A stretch of DNA of 56,779 nt, counting the filler, from Jimgerdemannia flammicorona (lineage: Eukaryota), in NCBI GenBank assembly GCA_003990765.1. It is 3 parts of 3 records of this genome, joined end to end, with 100 filler letters (N's around TTAATTAATTAA, not from the genome) between each part and the next. Parts side by side here need not be neighbours in the genome. Positions count along the whole stretch, not along the records: positions 1 to 18,862 come from RBNJ01002086.1; 2 more parts are not named here. One strand, 5' to 3'. Position 1 is the stretch's first letter. Each line of letters begins with the position of its first letter. The notes below the pieces were generated by a model, which saw nothing but the letters and a program-made list of their open reading frames with translations, did no database searches and was not told the origin of the DNA. Shown here one piece after another: positions 1-14,400 of this stretch. The translations under genes were made by a program, and so were the position numbers.

Positions 1-103
1 GGAATGTATGGCTGGTGGAGAGCTCCTCCTCGAGGTCATCGGATTCGGAAACCTTGACAGTGACTTCGCCAGTAGAGTCATGTTTCGACAATGAAATTCG
101 CAT
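1..103 (-). CDS. Possible 5' end of a gene running off the left edge (MRISLSKHDSTGEVTVKVSESDDLEEELSTSHTF...)
   Basis: ATG at 103 on the minus strand opens a stop-free frame to the window edge; no family recognised. Confidence 0.3.
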   Translation of the reverse strand, partial: MRISLSKHDSTGEVTVKVSESDDLEEELSTSHTF

Positions 104-1315
104 GTTAGTCAGAGAGATGTTTGTAGAAAGAGCCGCTGTAATTTATTTGCATATGCGCGCGGGACAAATTGGAAATCCATACTTCCTATGGTCAGAGACT
201 AGCAATACAAACATGGTCAAACAAACAATTGGCGTCACATGTTGCGTGCCATTCTCGCGTCAACTACAACACTCCGCAAAAATTAACAGATCCGCAGTAC
301 GAACTGGCGCCAGCAATTCTTCCCATTTCCGTTGTCCAATTACGTGGTTTCGCGCGTATAGCGTGAACTGATAGGCCCGAATGTCGGTTTGATTGAGTCA
401 GGTATTTAATTTATTGTTTCAATCTCTCCTCTGTTCACCTTCTTGCCCTTGAATATTGTTAATCATTAATCCAAAGGCAAGACGCACATTGCACTTTAGC
501 TGATTTTACAAAATACCGCAGTAAACCAAACCCTACTCAAGGTACCCGCCTCTCGGAAGAGAGAACTAAGTAACCGCCTTCCATATAAAAGCCGCAGTCT
601 TTCATATAAATATTCAAGCTCCTCTGAACATTCTTGTGGCTGTTCACCCTTAATTTGCCCAATTTTGATTGTTACACACTGACAGAGAGCCATTCTTGCA
701 GTGGACCAGTTCGCCTTTTTATAAAAAAAGACACAATCGAGTTTGGCAGGTTCGTGTTCCCAAACAAAAGGTCGTAATCGAAACCCCAGGGCCCCCTTTC
801 CCTTTTCCTTTTTCATTTCTATTTTTGATCTTGACGGCATATTTCCCATTACGTCTCCCCCCCCCCCTCCCCAAAACTTGCCGCAGAACTGTAATAAATT
901 ATAACAGGCAGTTCGTTGAAGGCTCAGCTGCAACCTTCCACAGCCCGCCAATGAGGTGACGCGCGGTGCCGGAAGGAAAAAGATGGAGGGATATGGGTGG
1001 GTTTAACCTGTACGAACATTGAGGGGGGGAGAGGAATGGGAGTGAAAAATTGTACACATGTAACCAGGCTATAGAAGTACATACATCCTGATGAAAAAAT
1101 AACTGTTAACAGGCCGTTGCATAACCAAATGTAATCAACGTTAATTTCGAACAAACATACAATTCGAATAATCAAAGACAGTGCTGAAGAGGTTTCCTAA
1201 ACGGGAAGTAATAGCGCACTTTGAATTGGAACATTGCTTCAGCTTAAATATCGAAACGGGTAGTATTTTGGCCTTGTCATTAGATACTTTAGAGAGAAAT
1301 AAAAGAACAGCAGGA

Positions 1316-1346
<31 letters not shown>

Positions 1347-1678
1347 GTTCTCATCCAGATAGCATTTCATCAATCTAAACTTGAAGAATAATCCATTCAT
1401 TTGATGAAATCAGTACAGTTTTCATTATTCTGGCCTATTGCCTCTATTGCTTAGGCAGATTTATCTTCATCTATGTATACAAATATTGCGCCGAGCATCT
1501 CAAACGGAATGGGGGTTTTTTATTCTTTCGAATGTGAGAGCGCTAAACGTGATGATTATAGAGTGTGCTATAATAAAATACGGAAATGTACATTTTTGTG
1601 CAATTCGCAACGAGTGGGACACCCTTTGTCCGTCCACTCCACTGCCAACGATTCAGCCATCGAGATGATTGACGGGTC

Positions 1679-2153
1679 TTACTCGGACGCAACCTCGGTC
1701 TTCGCCCGGCTCTCAAGAAGTGCCTTCTTCTTCAGCTGGATGTCTGCAAATTGCCTCTCCTGGACACCATGGATATAGTAGCCGAAGACACCGAAAGCGG
1801 TAGCCATGGCGAAGTGGCTGCTGATGCCTGATTCAGGAGAAGGCAGGATAGAAGACGTGAGCGCTGAGTATCGTTGTAGCAGGCTATTCGTTGGAAACTT
1901 GAGACTGAGGATGATCACAACAAGGTTCACACACATAGAAGAACACAGGAAGTGGTCGAACTGTTGTTGAACAGAGTTGTACCCAACGCGACGGCCCCCA
2001 TGACCTGGCATGAGTTCCTAAACTAGAGAAACATGGGTTCCTAAACTAGAGAAACACACCCTCAATAATAGGCCTCTTCTGCAAACCAAGGGTGTATGCG
2101 CGAACTGCGAAACCGAGGGTGGCGAAGCCAGCGATGCTAGTGAGAAGAGCCAT
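1679..2153 (-). CDS. Mitochondrial complex I accessory subunit, fungal 14 kDa / B14.5b (NDUFC2-like); 80 aa, 2 exons
   Basis: Exons 2153-2060 and 1827-1679 with a GT...CAG intron splice to MALLTSIAGFATLGFAVRAYTLGLQKRPIIEGISSHFAMATAFGVFGYYIHGVQERQFADIQLKKKALLESRAKTEVASE. This matches the GxAVR..LG.+.RP...FGY..GV+ERQ pattern of the fungal subunit. Confidence 0.75.
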
Positions 2154-2431
2154 AGTGTCGAAGTGTCGAGTGTGGAGAAGTGATGTTGATGTTTGGTGAG
2201 ATCAGGGTGGGTGACGTCAGTGGTTCGCGATGATTCGAGGATGTGACGGGCAATCACATGACCCGAGGGATTCAATAAACACCCAAATTCCAGACGATCG
2301 CCCTCCTCGCTTCCTTCTGCTCCACACCTCCCTCCCCTTACGAACCCTCCTTCCGGTCCGCAGCACACTCCCAAGGAACTTTACACACACTCTGCAAACA
2401 AAGGGGGTACCACTCCTTGTGACCCATTCCT
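2154..2431. promoter_or_regulatory. Compact bidirectional promoter between the complex I subunit gene and TRA1
   Basis: Divergent ATGs at 2153 (-) and 2432 (+); perfect CRE-like palindrome TGACGTCA at 2212-2219. Confidence 0.5.
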
Positions 2432-5400
2432 ATGGCATTGACTGCCCTGAACGTCTATGCTCACAGGCTCAGCGATCCTGGCCTAGGTAACCACAGTCGA
2501 GTCGCGCCACCTTTTGCAATTGAAGCTCAGTGGTACTGATCCAAGGATCTCATTTCATGTGCGCAGAAATCAAACTGAAGAATACCATCGCAAGTGAACT
2601 CCGTGACCAAGTTGAGGTCTACCAGCCCGAGTACCCGCGGTTTTTGTCCGTGTTAATTCCGGTCTTCGTGGATCTGCTGAGAAACGGCCAGCCTGTCTTC
2701 ATTAGCAATGCACCAGAACAGGTGGGACCCTAGGCTCATGATCCATGAAACAAAATTCACAACAAATACAACTGTATCTAACCTCCCGTCCCGATTCTAA
2801 AAACGCGTTCAGAAAATTCGAAACACAATTCTCGAGATCTTGCATCGTCTGCCCCACCATGACCCCCTTAAAGAATACGCGGTCGAACTTTGTAGCGTGC
2901 TTATGCAGCTGCTACGGATAGAGAACGAAGACAATGCTGTAGTCTGCCTCAAAATCATTATCGACCTCCACCGGAGTTACAAGAACGTCCTCGAGGACCA
3001 GGTGCAGCCCTTTCTTGACATTGTGCAGGAGATTTACAAGAATATGGAACAGACCGTCAAGGATACCTTTGATTCTCCGGGAGGAACGCCAGCGGCTATC
3101 ACCGCGAATACTGTGAGCTGGAATGCTTTGAAGTTGCGGCGTTTCCGTTTATACACTCTATCCTTTGTAACTTTTCAAAACCTTACGCCGATACTAATAT
3201 GGAATATGACTGCTATCCGTCCTAATGCCAGCCCGGGACGACGTCACTCACGGCTGCCTCACCACGTCCCATGTCGCCAGCGGCCGATGTCACCGAAACC
3301 CCCAAAGTCTTGGCCAAGAGTTTATACAGTTTTAAGGTGCTCACGGAGTGTCCCATCATCGTCGTTCTCATATTCCAATCCTATCGCAAATTTGCGAACG
3401 ACAACATACCCAAGTTCGTGCCACTGATAATTGAAGTATGGCAGTGTTCTCGTCTGAACGTACGATGATCCCGTTTGTCGGCAGACGTGATACTTACACT
3501 CTGTTTTTATAACTTTATCAGACTCAGTGTTTGCAAGCGCGTCCCCAAATCGAAGCTGCTCTTGCCGCGCGCGCAAAGGGTGAAATTTACGCTGGAGTGA
3601 GCTCTACCATCAAAAACCGAGCGGTGTACACGGAATTCATTGTGGCGCAGGTGAAGGTAGGTTGCGTCAAAGGCCGACGCACACATGTGCGATCCGCATG
3701 CATATTAGTTGAATGTCAACTACTATTTACAATCCATGGAATCTTTTTACAGACAATGTCGTTCTTGGCATACATTCTGCGAAGCTACGCGTTCCTCCTT
3801 AGGCCGCACCAAAACCAAATCCCAGATTTCGTCATCCGATTACTTAGGGATTGCCCGCCTGAGGCGTCTGCGACGCGGAAGGTAAGCATCTTTATCTTGT
3901 TGGGGCTCTCTTGTGGAGGGGCGATTTCTGTGTCGGGCTTCCTGGCAGGCTCTCGAACATTTCTCCTTGCACCAATAGGAGCTATTAGTTGCCACGCGGC
4001 ATATTCTATCAACGGATTTCAGAACATCGTTCGTTTCCAAGATTGACATACTCTTAAACGAGAAGGTTCTTGTCGGGACTGGCGTGACTTCTCATGACAC
4101 TTTGAGGTTCGTATCTCATATCGTGCGCAGTATTTCAAGAGAGTTCAACCTACCAAAACGCGTTCAAAAAACTTCTGTTTCATCATAGGCCGCTCGCATA
4201 CAGCATGCTAGCTGACCTAGTCCATCACGTTCGCGCCGAGCTCACGCCGGTTCAGCTATCCCGGACTGTGTACATCTACTCCCGAAACTTGCATGACTCA
4301 ACGTTGGCGCCGAGCATCCAAACAATGTGCGCCAAGTTGCTCTTGAATTTGATCGATTGCATCGTGAAGATTCCGAACAAGGTTGACGGTGGGTATCTGG
4401 TTATTCTGTATTCCTGGGCAAGACCGACGGCGATTTATTGATGGCATATACGAACTTAATCAATTCAATCCATCTACAGGCCGCAACCTTCTCATACGGA
4501 TACTGGATGCATTCACCAACAAGTTCGCGGCGCTCAATCTCTGCTTCCCCTCGGCGCTTAAGCAATATCAAAAACGTAAACTAAACCCGGATGGGACGCC
4601 CATCACACCAGCGGTGGACGACGAGTTCGACTTCGATCGGTCGAGGTCGATTCATACTGCCGTTTTCGCGCCTGATTCCGCTCATGATACTATCAAGGGT
4701 GCGTTTATTTCGTGGGGTTTATCCTGCATCGTTGCTTAAAATATCATTTACAAACAACGTAATACTCACGCAGTATCAGACATTTCTAGATGGACGATTC
4801 CTGTTCAAAAATCTCGTCGCTGGATTGAAAGGGGTGATCTCGGGTCTCCGAAACTGCAATCCGGCACCTCCCACGGCTACCCCGCCTCACACCAACAATA
4901 CGCAGAACTATAGTCAGTTTGCTCGAGGGTTCACCCAAGACGAAGTGGACATCTTCCTTCGTCTGTTCCGCGAAGGTGTCCGGTGCTTCGACTACTACAA
5001 CGTCGACAACATCGGCAGTGATGTGCCCAACGGTGTTGCTACCAACGGCGACAAAACCAACAGCGAATCGCTGACGAAACTGGGACCGCAGTCGAAGGAA
5101 GAGAAGGAAGTGCTCGACCTATTCTCAATTGCATTCACCTTCGTCGATCCAGCGGTCTTCCAAGAAGTGTTCGCCTCGCAGATGGGGTATTTCTTCGACC
5201 AGATGCTGCTCAACACCTCGCTCATCCACATCCCACAATTCTTCCTGGCGAACGATACCCTATCGCAGGGGTTCGCGGGGATCCTGTTCCGGTTTCTCGT
5301 CGACCGGTTGGATAAACTCGGCGACTCGGACACTCTGTATTCCAGCGTCATGCTTAGGCTCTTCAAGCTGGCGTTCATGGCCGTCAACCTGTTTCCCGAC

Positions 5401-8400
5401 GCCAACGAGACGATCCTGCAGCCGTACTTGGGCAATATCATCATGTCATGTCTTAAGCTCTCCGCCAAGGCGAAGGAACCAAGCAACTACTTCCTTTTGT
5501 TGCGGGCGCTTTTCAGAAGCATCGGTGGCGGCCGTTTTGAGCTGTTGTACAAGGAGGTCTTGCCGTTGTTGCAGGTGTTGCTCGAGAACCTCAATTCTCT
5601 GCTTACCCTGGCGCACAAACAAAACATGCGGGAGCTTTTCGTCGAGCTCTGTCTGACCGTTCCCGTCCGACTCAGTGCGTTGCTACCCTATCTACCATAT
5701 CTCATGAAGCCTTTAGTCCTGGCGTTGCAAGCGGGTCCCGATTTGGTCAGCCAAGGGCTCCGCACCCTAGAGCTCTGCATTGACAACTTGACCCAGGATT
5801 TCCTGGACCCCATCATGGCCCCAGTAATCAACGATCTGATGAACGCGCTGTGGAAGCATCTGCAGCCGCTGCCGTACAACCCGCAGCACAGTCACGCGGC
5901 CATGAGGATCCTGGGGAAGCTGGGAGGGCGAAATCGGAGGATGCTCAAGGACCCGCCGCGGCTTACGTACGCCACGCAGTCGGAAAGCGGGATCGACGTC
6001 ACGGTGTATTTCGATCCCATCACGTCCCCGCAGGTCCTGCCGTTGGACGACTGCCTCACGTTGGCGGCCAAGACGTTACGCGATCCGAACGCCGATCTTT
6101 TCTACAAGGAGCATGCGTGGAAGTTCTTGCGCGCCTGCGTCGCGCTGACGTTGGATGTGGATGCCGGACCGAGCGATCTGGCGCAGTCGTTGTACGAACG
6201 CATACATCGGCAGTTGTTAAATCCCGCGTCGACCGATAGCGCAGCCAACACCCAGTCGGAGAACGAAGGCACATCCGATAAGATGGAGGTGGATGGAGTC
6301 GAGGAGACCATCGAGAGGAATGAGACGAAGGGAGCCGCCTTGGCAGGTAAATCGCCGAGCATCGTTGGCCACGGTAAGCTTGTAAAGAAGAGGATCGCTC
6401 AGGAGGAGACACTTCGTACAATCCTCTGCGCGCTTTTCACCGCCGCGTCCGTGCCAGAGCTGAAGGATGAGGCTTGGTCATTCTTCGAGAACATTTGTCG
6501 ACATTTTGCTTTGCTTCACGTCGGGGAGATGGCGGAAGTCAAGGAAAATAAGGGGAAAAAGTCATTCGCGGAACGTATGGATGTCGTGAACACCAAGCAA
6601 TATCTTGATACTACCATCTTGGTGGACGCGATCGTGGAAGTGATGACTTCGGAGGACATGAAGCTGCGTAAGCTGGCGGAAGCTGCCTTGCAACTATTTT
6701 ACGATACGTGCGTCACGTTGTTCGGCAAAAAGGAGTCCGTCGGCCAGCTGCGCATCTTTCACAATTTTGCGGTTCAGTTCTGTTCGTGTTGTTACAAGCA
6801 AGAATGGTTCAAGAAGAGCGGCGGGTGTCTTGGCATTTCGATCATGAGCTCGCAATTGGATATGGGTACAAAGTGGATGCGCGATCACGAGCTGGACTTT
6901 GTGCGATCTCTCTTGTTCGTCCTCAAGGACAGCTCGCCCGAGATGGCGACTGTGAACACGGCGGATGCCACCCAGACCCTCTCGCACGTGTTGAAGGTCT
7001 GCAATCGGCCCGAGGACGACGAGTCGGCGGACGTGCAGAACAAGTTTAGCCACTTGATTTCGCTCTTGATCTCCGAACTTTCCAACTCGAACAGTGCTGT
7101 CCGCGAGACAATTCAGTCGTCGTTCCAGTTACTAGCCGATCTCACCGGCAACGAGGTCACGGAGCTCCTCGCGCCCTTCCGGGAGCGTCTGGTCGGTCCC
7201 ATCTTTACGAAGCCGCTGCGGGCGCTGCCTTTCGCCATGCAGATCGGGCACATCGACGCGATCACCTACTGTCTCACGTTGAGACCTCCGTTCCTCGAAT
7301 TCAGCGACGAGTTGGTCCGACTGCTGCACGAGGCCCTGGCGTTGGCGGACGCCGAAGACCAGGCGTTGGTGGGCCGCAGCTCCCAGTACAAGAACGCGAC
7401 CTCGCTCATGAACCTACGGATCGTGTGCATCAAACTGCTCTCGGCGGCGATGGCATGCTCCGACTTCCTCAACAAGAATCAGACGGGCACCAGGGCGCGC
7501 ATTATCCAAGTGTTCTTCAAGTCGTTGTACTCTAAGTCTCCCGAGGTCGTCGAGGCAGCGCATCGTGGGTTAAAGCAAGTTTTGGCGCAGCAACATAAGC
7601 TTCCAAAAGATCTGTTGCAGGCGGGATTGAGGCCGATATTGACGACTCTGTCGAACTACAAGACGCTGACGGTTGCCGGATTGGAAGGTCTCGCTCGGCT
7701 GTTGGAACTATTGACCAATTACTTCAAGGTCGAAATCGGCAAGAAGTTGCTGGATCACTTGAAGCAGTGGGCGGACCCTAACGTCTTGCAGGAGATTGCC
7801 GGCAAGCCTTTGAGCGAGAATCACGAGATCAAAATCATCGTGGCCATATTGAATATTTTCCATCTCCTTCCAGCGGCAGCGAACATTTTCCTGGACGATT
7901 TGGTGAATGTTGTTTTGGAGATGGAGTCGCACCTGCGTCGATCTGTGTCGAGTCCATTCAGACCGAACCTAATCAAGTTCTTGAATCGGTACCCTACCGA
8001 GTCCGTCGTCTACTTTTACGATCGGCTTTCGGATGCTCGGTACAGCAGGCTTTTCGTCGATATCCTCGGCACGGAGAGCGCCTCAAACTTGCGCGAGGAA
8101 GTCGCCAAGTCGCCGAACGAACTCATTACAAGAACCTTTGGTGCGACGGAGTCGAACAACTTGAGATTTCAAGGCATCCTCATTGTCCGCGAGCTCGTCC
8201 AATATGAACCGGATTGGTTGGCGAAGCAGAAGCCCGTTCTTGATTGTCTCCTCAGTATCTGGCGTTCGCAAGGCCGCGCGGACAGATTAAAGAAGGAGGA
8301 TACGCTCGGCGTGACGGTGTTACGCGAGTCACAGTACCTCATGGAGATCTTCATCGCCTACCTGAGGACAGTGCCCTCGGAGGTCGATCTGATTTTCGAG

Positions 8401-11400
8401 TTGGTGACCATATTTGCTCAGGAGAGCGTAATCGATTGCTTTTTCTTGAAGAAGTTTTTCTTGGATGAGGTAGCTTTGAAGTATTCGCCGCTACAGAAGC
8501 GGGCCATACTGGAAAAATCGTTGAACCGGTTCCCGGACGTGTCGATCTCTCCCACAATGAAGATGATGACCCTTCGCCATGTCGTGAATCCTATGTTGTT
8601 GGTCTCTGTCACGAGAGGTATCTCCGAATATGCCGAGCTTCTTGATACGGCAATGATGGAGCAAATCCATCTCAAAATCTGGCGTCAACTTCTAGCAGAA
8701 TCCTCAGACGATAATCAATATTCGGAAGACTCTTTGCGTATCGAGTTACTCCAGATGACAGCGCTCATCGTTCAGTACGCACCGCAGTTGGTCACTGAGG
8801 CCAGGAAGGACGTGATCAAATTTGGATGGAATTTCCTCAAACTGGAAGATGTGACCGGAAAGCATGCCGCCTACGTTTTGATCTCGCGGTTCATTGCCGC
8901 GTATGAAACTCCGAGCAAAATCGTCATCCAAATCTATGCGGCGCTGTTGCGTGCCCACCAAGCCGAAGCACGAACACTTGTCAAACAGGGGTTGGACATT
9001 CTTGCTCCCGTCCTTCCCAAGCGTATCGCCAACGTGAGCAATATGGCGGAGCCCAAATATCCCATGTGGGTCCGCCTGACGCGCAAAGTGCTCGTTGAGG
9101 ACGGACATAGTGTTTCGCAGTTGGTAAACGTGTATCAGTTGCTGGTCAGACATCCGGACCTGTTCTTCGATTATCGGGAACATTTCTTACCGCAAATCGT
9201 CACCACTCTTTCCAAGTTGGGTCTTCTGCAGAGCGCTACCCCCGAAACGAAGTCGTTGACGGTTGATCTTGCCGACTTGATTTTGAAATGGGAGCAACGG
9301 CGCGTGTCAGCTGATCACACGCTGGGAGAAGGTGATCAGGGAACTTCCAGTTCTGGTGACAAGAGGACCGGGGGGTCGCTTAAGAGTGACTCGCCTTTGA
9401 AAAAAATGCAGGTTGAAGGTCCTAGCGGCGAAATCAGGGCTGTTCCGGTTGTAACGGTTGCATCCGCAGACGCGAATACCAGAGACTATATCCCATTGCT
9501 AAGTCTTCGAGAAAGTGTTATCACCTATTTGGTACGATTCGCGTGTACGCCAGTCAATCTAAACGATGTTGTTCAGAAAAAGTTGGCGCAGAGAGTGTTG
9601 GAGTTGATCAAGGAATTCTTGCAGCCACAATTTTGGGCAGATGTCCACGTCAAGTTCTCGCATCTCGAAAGGACTTTGATATTTTCAGGTGGGTGATGTA
9701 GCTCAACTTGAATATGATATAGTATATATTAGTATTCACATTTAGGATTCGGGTCGAACCTGCCTGACTGGTGACTTCCATCTATTTGTCTAACACAGAG
9801 ATCTCCGAGTTGTTCATTCCGTGTATCTGTAATGCGTTGGAGATTTTGAATATCGACATCGAGCACAAGCCTAAGGAGTGGATCATGCTAAATTTGAGCC
9901 AGCTTTACCGCCTCCTGGAACCAAGCATCAAGTCCGATAACGTTCGAATCCAGAAGGCGTTGAATCCTGTTCTCGTTCACATCTACAAAGCGATCGACGA
10001 AAGCCCAGATAAGGAGGCGAGCGATAAAGACTCTCCCAATACCGACGTCGCTGCACTTACGTCGCTGGTCGACTCAACCATTACCGATGGGCTGCAGAAT
10101 TTGTCAAATACGTATAGTGTGCTAATGTTGCTGCAAGCCGCCAGTAGCAGTCGCCCGGAGATTTTGGATCAATTCATGGCGGGAATCATCAAGCTTATTC
10201 AAAAGCTCACTAAAGAACATGTCACGCCACCATCGACCCCTATCCAGCCGTCATCATCTGGTTTGGATTCGCCGGTCAACCTTTTGATCATGAGTCTGCG
10301 CTTGGTGAAATTACGAGTTTCGCATCTCGGTGACCAAAGGCGATGGTATCTTACATCGTTGATACAGTTGATTGAGAGGTCGTCGGACGTGGAGTTAGGC
10401 CGAGCCATTCTGGATATGGTCACGGAATGGGTTCTGGGGAAGACAGAGACGTTCCCGACGATTAAGGAAAAGGCAGGCTTGATGGTGAAAATGATGTCCT
10501 TCGAAAACAAGAGCGACAAGGAGTTGACCGAAGATTTCTTGAAACTCGTTAACAAGATCTACAATGATCCGTCCTTCGCGCGGTCCGAGCTCACAGTTCG
10601 ATTGGAGCAAGCGTTTTTGATGGGTACCCGCAGCGATAATCCTCAAATCCGAAACCAATTTGCTGACATCTTCGACCGCAGTATCAACAAATCGCTGTAC
10701 AGTCGTCTCAATTACATCCTCGGTATTCAGAATTGGGAATTCCTCGCAACACATTTTTGGATACACCAAGCTGCCGATGTTCTTTTGGGCGTGGTGTCTC
10801 CCGCCCGACAGCTGATGCCCTCGGCACTGAGCCTCACGGTGAAGCCTCTCAAGTCCGTCGTTAGTCTTGCTGATGAAGATACTTCCGCTAAGAGGTTGAA
10901 AGGAGAGTTCAAAGAACTCATCTCTCGACATCAAGCTTTCTTGAACGATTTGCAGGGCATGCAGACTACCGACATCATTACACCGTTGAGGCAGCTTCAC
11001 CATCTCGACGACAGCGTGGCTTATAAAATGTGGATCGACATTTTTCCGTTATGTTGGTCAGTGCTGAACAACAAGGAGCGGCATGATCTAACCAAGGTGA
11101 TCATTGCGTTACTTGCCAAAGAATACCACTCTAAGCAAGTTGACCAAAGGCCCAATGTTATCCAAGCGCTGCTGGAGGGAATTATCAAATCTGCTCCGAT
11201 GATCAAACTACCCCCGCATTTGGTCAAGTATCTCGGAAAGATGTATAACGCATGGCATATTGCGCTGGAGATTCTCCAACAAGCTATTCCGAACGGAAGA
11301 CCAAACGACATCTCGGCGAGTAAGGATGATCAAAGCGTACGTGAACGGACTCTTGACGCGCTCGGCGAACTTTACGCAACCCTCTCTGAAGACGACATGT

Positions 11401-14400
11401 TCTACGGTCTTTGGCGGCGCCGTTGCATCTACTCGGAGACGAACGTAGCCATTTCCTGCGAACAGAACGGCATGTGGGGCCAAGCCCAACTCATGTATGA
11501 GAACGCCCAAATCAAGGCACGAAGCGGCGTTCTTCCCTTCACCGAGTCCGAGTACCTGCTCTGGGAAGATCATTGGATTTTGTGTACACAGAAATTGCAG
11601 CAATGGGACATTTTGACCGACCTTGCCAAGCATGATACCAATACGGACCTGCTTCTCGAGTGTGCATGGCGTCTGTCTGATTGGACCAACGAACGGGAGT
11701 TACTGGAGCAATCTATACAACAGTTAGCTGACGCGCCGACACCTCGACGAAGAGTCTTCGAGGCCTTTATGGCTCTTGTGAAATCGCAGCAAAACAACGA
11801 AAAGTTGACGGAATTTTCAAAGATTTGCGAGGAGGGCATCCAATTGTCGCTTCGGAAGTGGCATTCATTACCAAGCATCGTCTCGCAAAGCCATCTTCCG
11901 TTGCTGCAGATCTTCCAGCAGTATGTGGAATTGCAAGAAGCGAGTCAGATATTCCAAAGCCTTACAACAACCACCGCGCAAAACCTCGACGTTCGTTCGC
12001 AAGACCTCAAGGGTATCTTGACAACCTGGCGAGAGCGACTCCCCAACATGTGGGATGATATCAATGTCTGGAGTGATCTCGTTGCTTGGCGACAGCATAT
12101 CTTTTCTGCGATCAACCGGACATACTTGCCCTTGATCCCGCTCCTCAACCAACCAGCAGCCGGTGGAAACACGGGTAATACTAACTCGTTCGCTTATCGA
12201 GGTTACCACGAAACAGCCTGGATCATAAATCGCTTCGCTAAAACCGCCCGGAAACACCAATTGTATGACGTTTGCATCAACTACCTGACCAAGATCTACA
12301 CGCTGCCGAACATCGAGATTCAGGAGGCGTTTTTGAAATTGCGCGAACAAGCCAAGTGTTACTACCAAAATGCGACGGAATTGAACGCAGGACTGGACGT
12401 CATCAACAATACCAATCTGGTTTATTTCAGTCACCAGCAGAAAGCTGAGTTCTTCACATTGAAGGGGATGTTCCTAGCGAAGTTGAATCTCTACAACGAG
12501 GCTAACGATGCCTTTGTATCAGCCGTCCAAATCGATCTTTCTCTCGCGAAGGCTTGGGCGGCCTGGGGCCATTACAACGATCAACGCTTCAAGGAGAACC
12601 TGAAGGATACCAGTTGGGCTGCAAACGCGGTCAGCTGCTACTTGCAAGCAGCGGGAATATACAAGAACACCAAGTCACGCAAATACTTGATCCGCGTGTT
12701 GTGGCTGTTGAGCCTAGACGACGCTCAGCAAAACATATCACACGCGTTCGAGAACTACAAGGGGGATGTACCTGTTTGGTATTGGATCACTTTTATCCCT
12801 CAACTCTTGACTTCGTTGCAACACAAAGAGGCTCGCCATGCACGCGCAATGCTTGCAAGGATTGCAAAGCAGTATCCGCAGGTATGTGCTAGTGCCATCT
12901 TATCAATAACCAAATAAAATCAATACCCGTTTCTCTAATTCTAATTGAACATGCACTTATTATGTAGGCCCTGCACTTCCAACTTCGCACACAAAAGGAA
13001 GACTATACTTTGATGAAAAAGCAGGGTGCAACCCTTGGATCCGGGGCGAGTACGCCAGCTACGCCCACGAGTGCGACCCCCACAGCCGCTAGTGGCGTCG
13101 CTGCTAATGCAACACCGAGCAACTCTGGCAATGTTTTGCCGCCCACACCAACTACGGCCTCGCCTGTTGCGAACGGTCCTTCGTCTAGCTCGAACGGAAC
13201 GACCTCAGCCGCAAATGCCGGCGACGCTGCAAACATCATTGCGAACGGGTCAGTTGCAAATGATCAAACTCAACGTTCTCAAGCCCAATCGCTGAACACA
13301 ACCACGCAACCGAGCGTGAACGGACAAACGATTACGACAACACCTGGAATACAGACGGTAGCACAAACTCTGTCGAATACCGTACCGACACAGTCACCTA
13401 CACAAGGCGCCGCCGCTACCCTTGCCGTTACCCCTCAGAATGGGCCTCAAAACCCCCCTTCTGGAGCGACTGGTGCAGCTGGTCAGACTCCGCAGATGCT
13501 GCAACCAGGCCAAATCCCGCAAATGCAACGGCCTGTTTCGAACATCAATACCAATCAAGCATCGCCGCAACTTCCGCGACAACCGTGGGAGTTGGTAGAG
13601 GAAATCATGTCAACGCTCAAGACCAATTACCCTCTTCTTGCGTTGTCCATGGAGACCATGATTGATGGAATTCAGCAGAAGCTGAAGCCGGTGGCTGATG
13701 AAGATATGTACAGATTGATCGTGGCTTTGTTAAATGATGGCGTACAGGTACGATCGAACGTGTACACGCCGATTATTATTATTGTTGATTTAAAGTCAAG
13801 GAATTGGAGGGGGCTAACGGCTTCGAATTGCAACTTTTGTAAAAACGACAGCAATTGTTAGCACGATTGACCTCCCCGGCCGATAAAGGCCTGTTAACTC
13901 CTGCTACGGAAGCAAACATTGTCAGATTCGCTGATAATTTATATGCAGGCCAAATGAAGGTTTGTATATATAAGATTACTCGAATGGATATATGATCAGA
14001 ATGGCGGATTTAAACCACACATTCATCATGTATATATATATATTTCCACAGACTGCATTCATCAATGACTTTATCAACGCCAAACCAAATCTGGCCGAAT
14101 ATGTTGCCAAGCTTAGGATGTGGAGAGACAAATTCGAGGCCTTGTTGGATAGCAGACCACGACGCCAACATCTCGAGCTCCTCAGTCATTATCTTGTAGA
14201 ATTCCAGCATCAGAAGTTTGATGACGTAGAGATTCCTGGACAGTATCTCCTGGTAAGTATTCTTGTGACGTATCACAGCCCATCGGAACCATAAATCTTT
14301 GTGTTCTGTATTTACAATGATTTTATATTGGCTCATTCTAGCTCAAGGATAATGCCAACGATTTCCTACGGATCGACAGATTCTTGCCCGAAGTGGAGAT

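Noticed and set aside
2014..2056. 20-bp direct repeat GTTCCTAAACTAGAGAAACA in the complex I gene intron
   Set aside because: Simple local slippage duplication with no evident function.
4995..12892. Many overlapping short ORFs inside TRA1
   Set aside because: Alternative-frame or antisense shadows of GC-rich coding exons.
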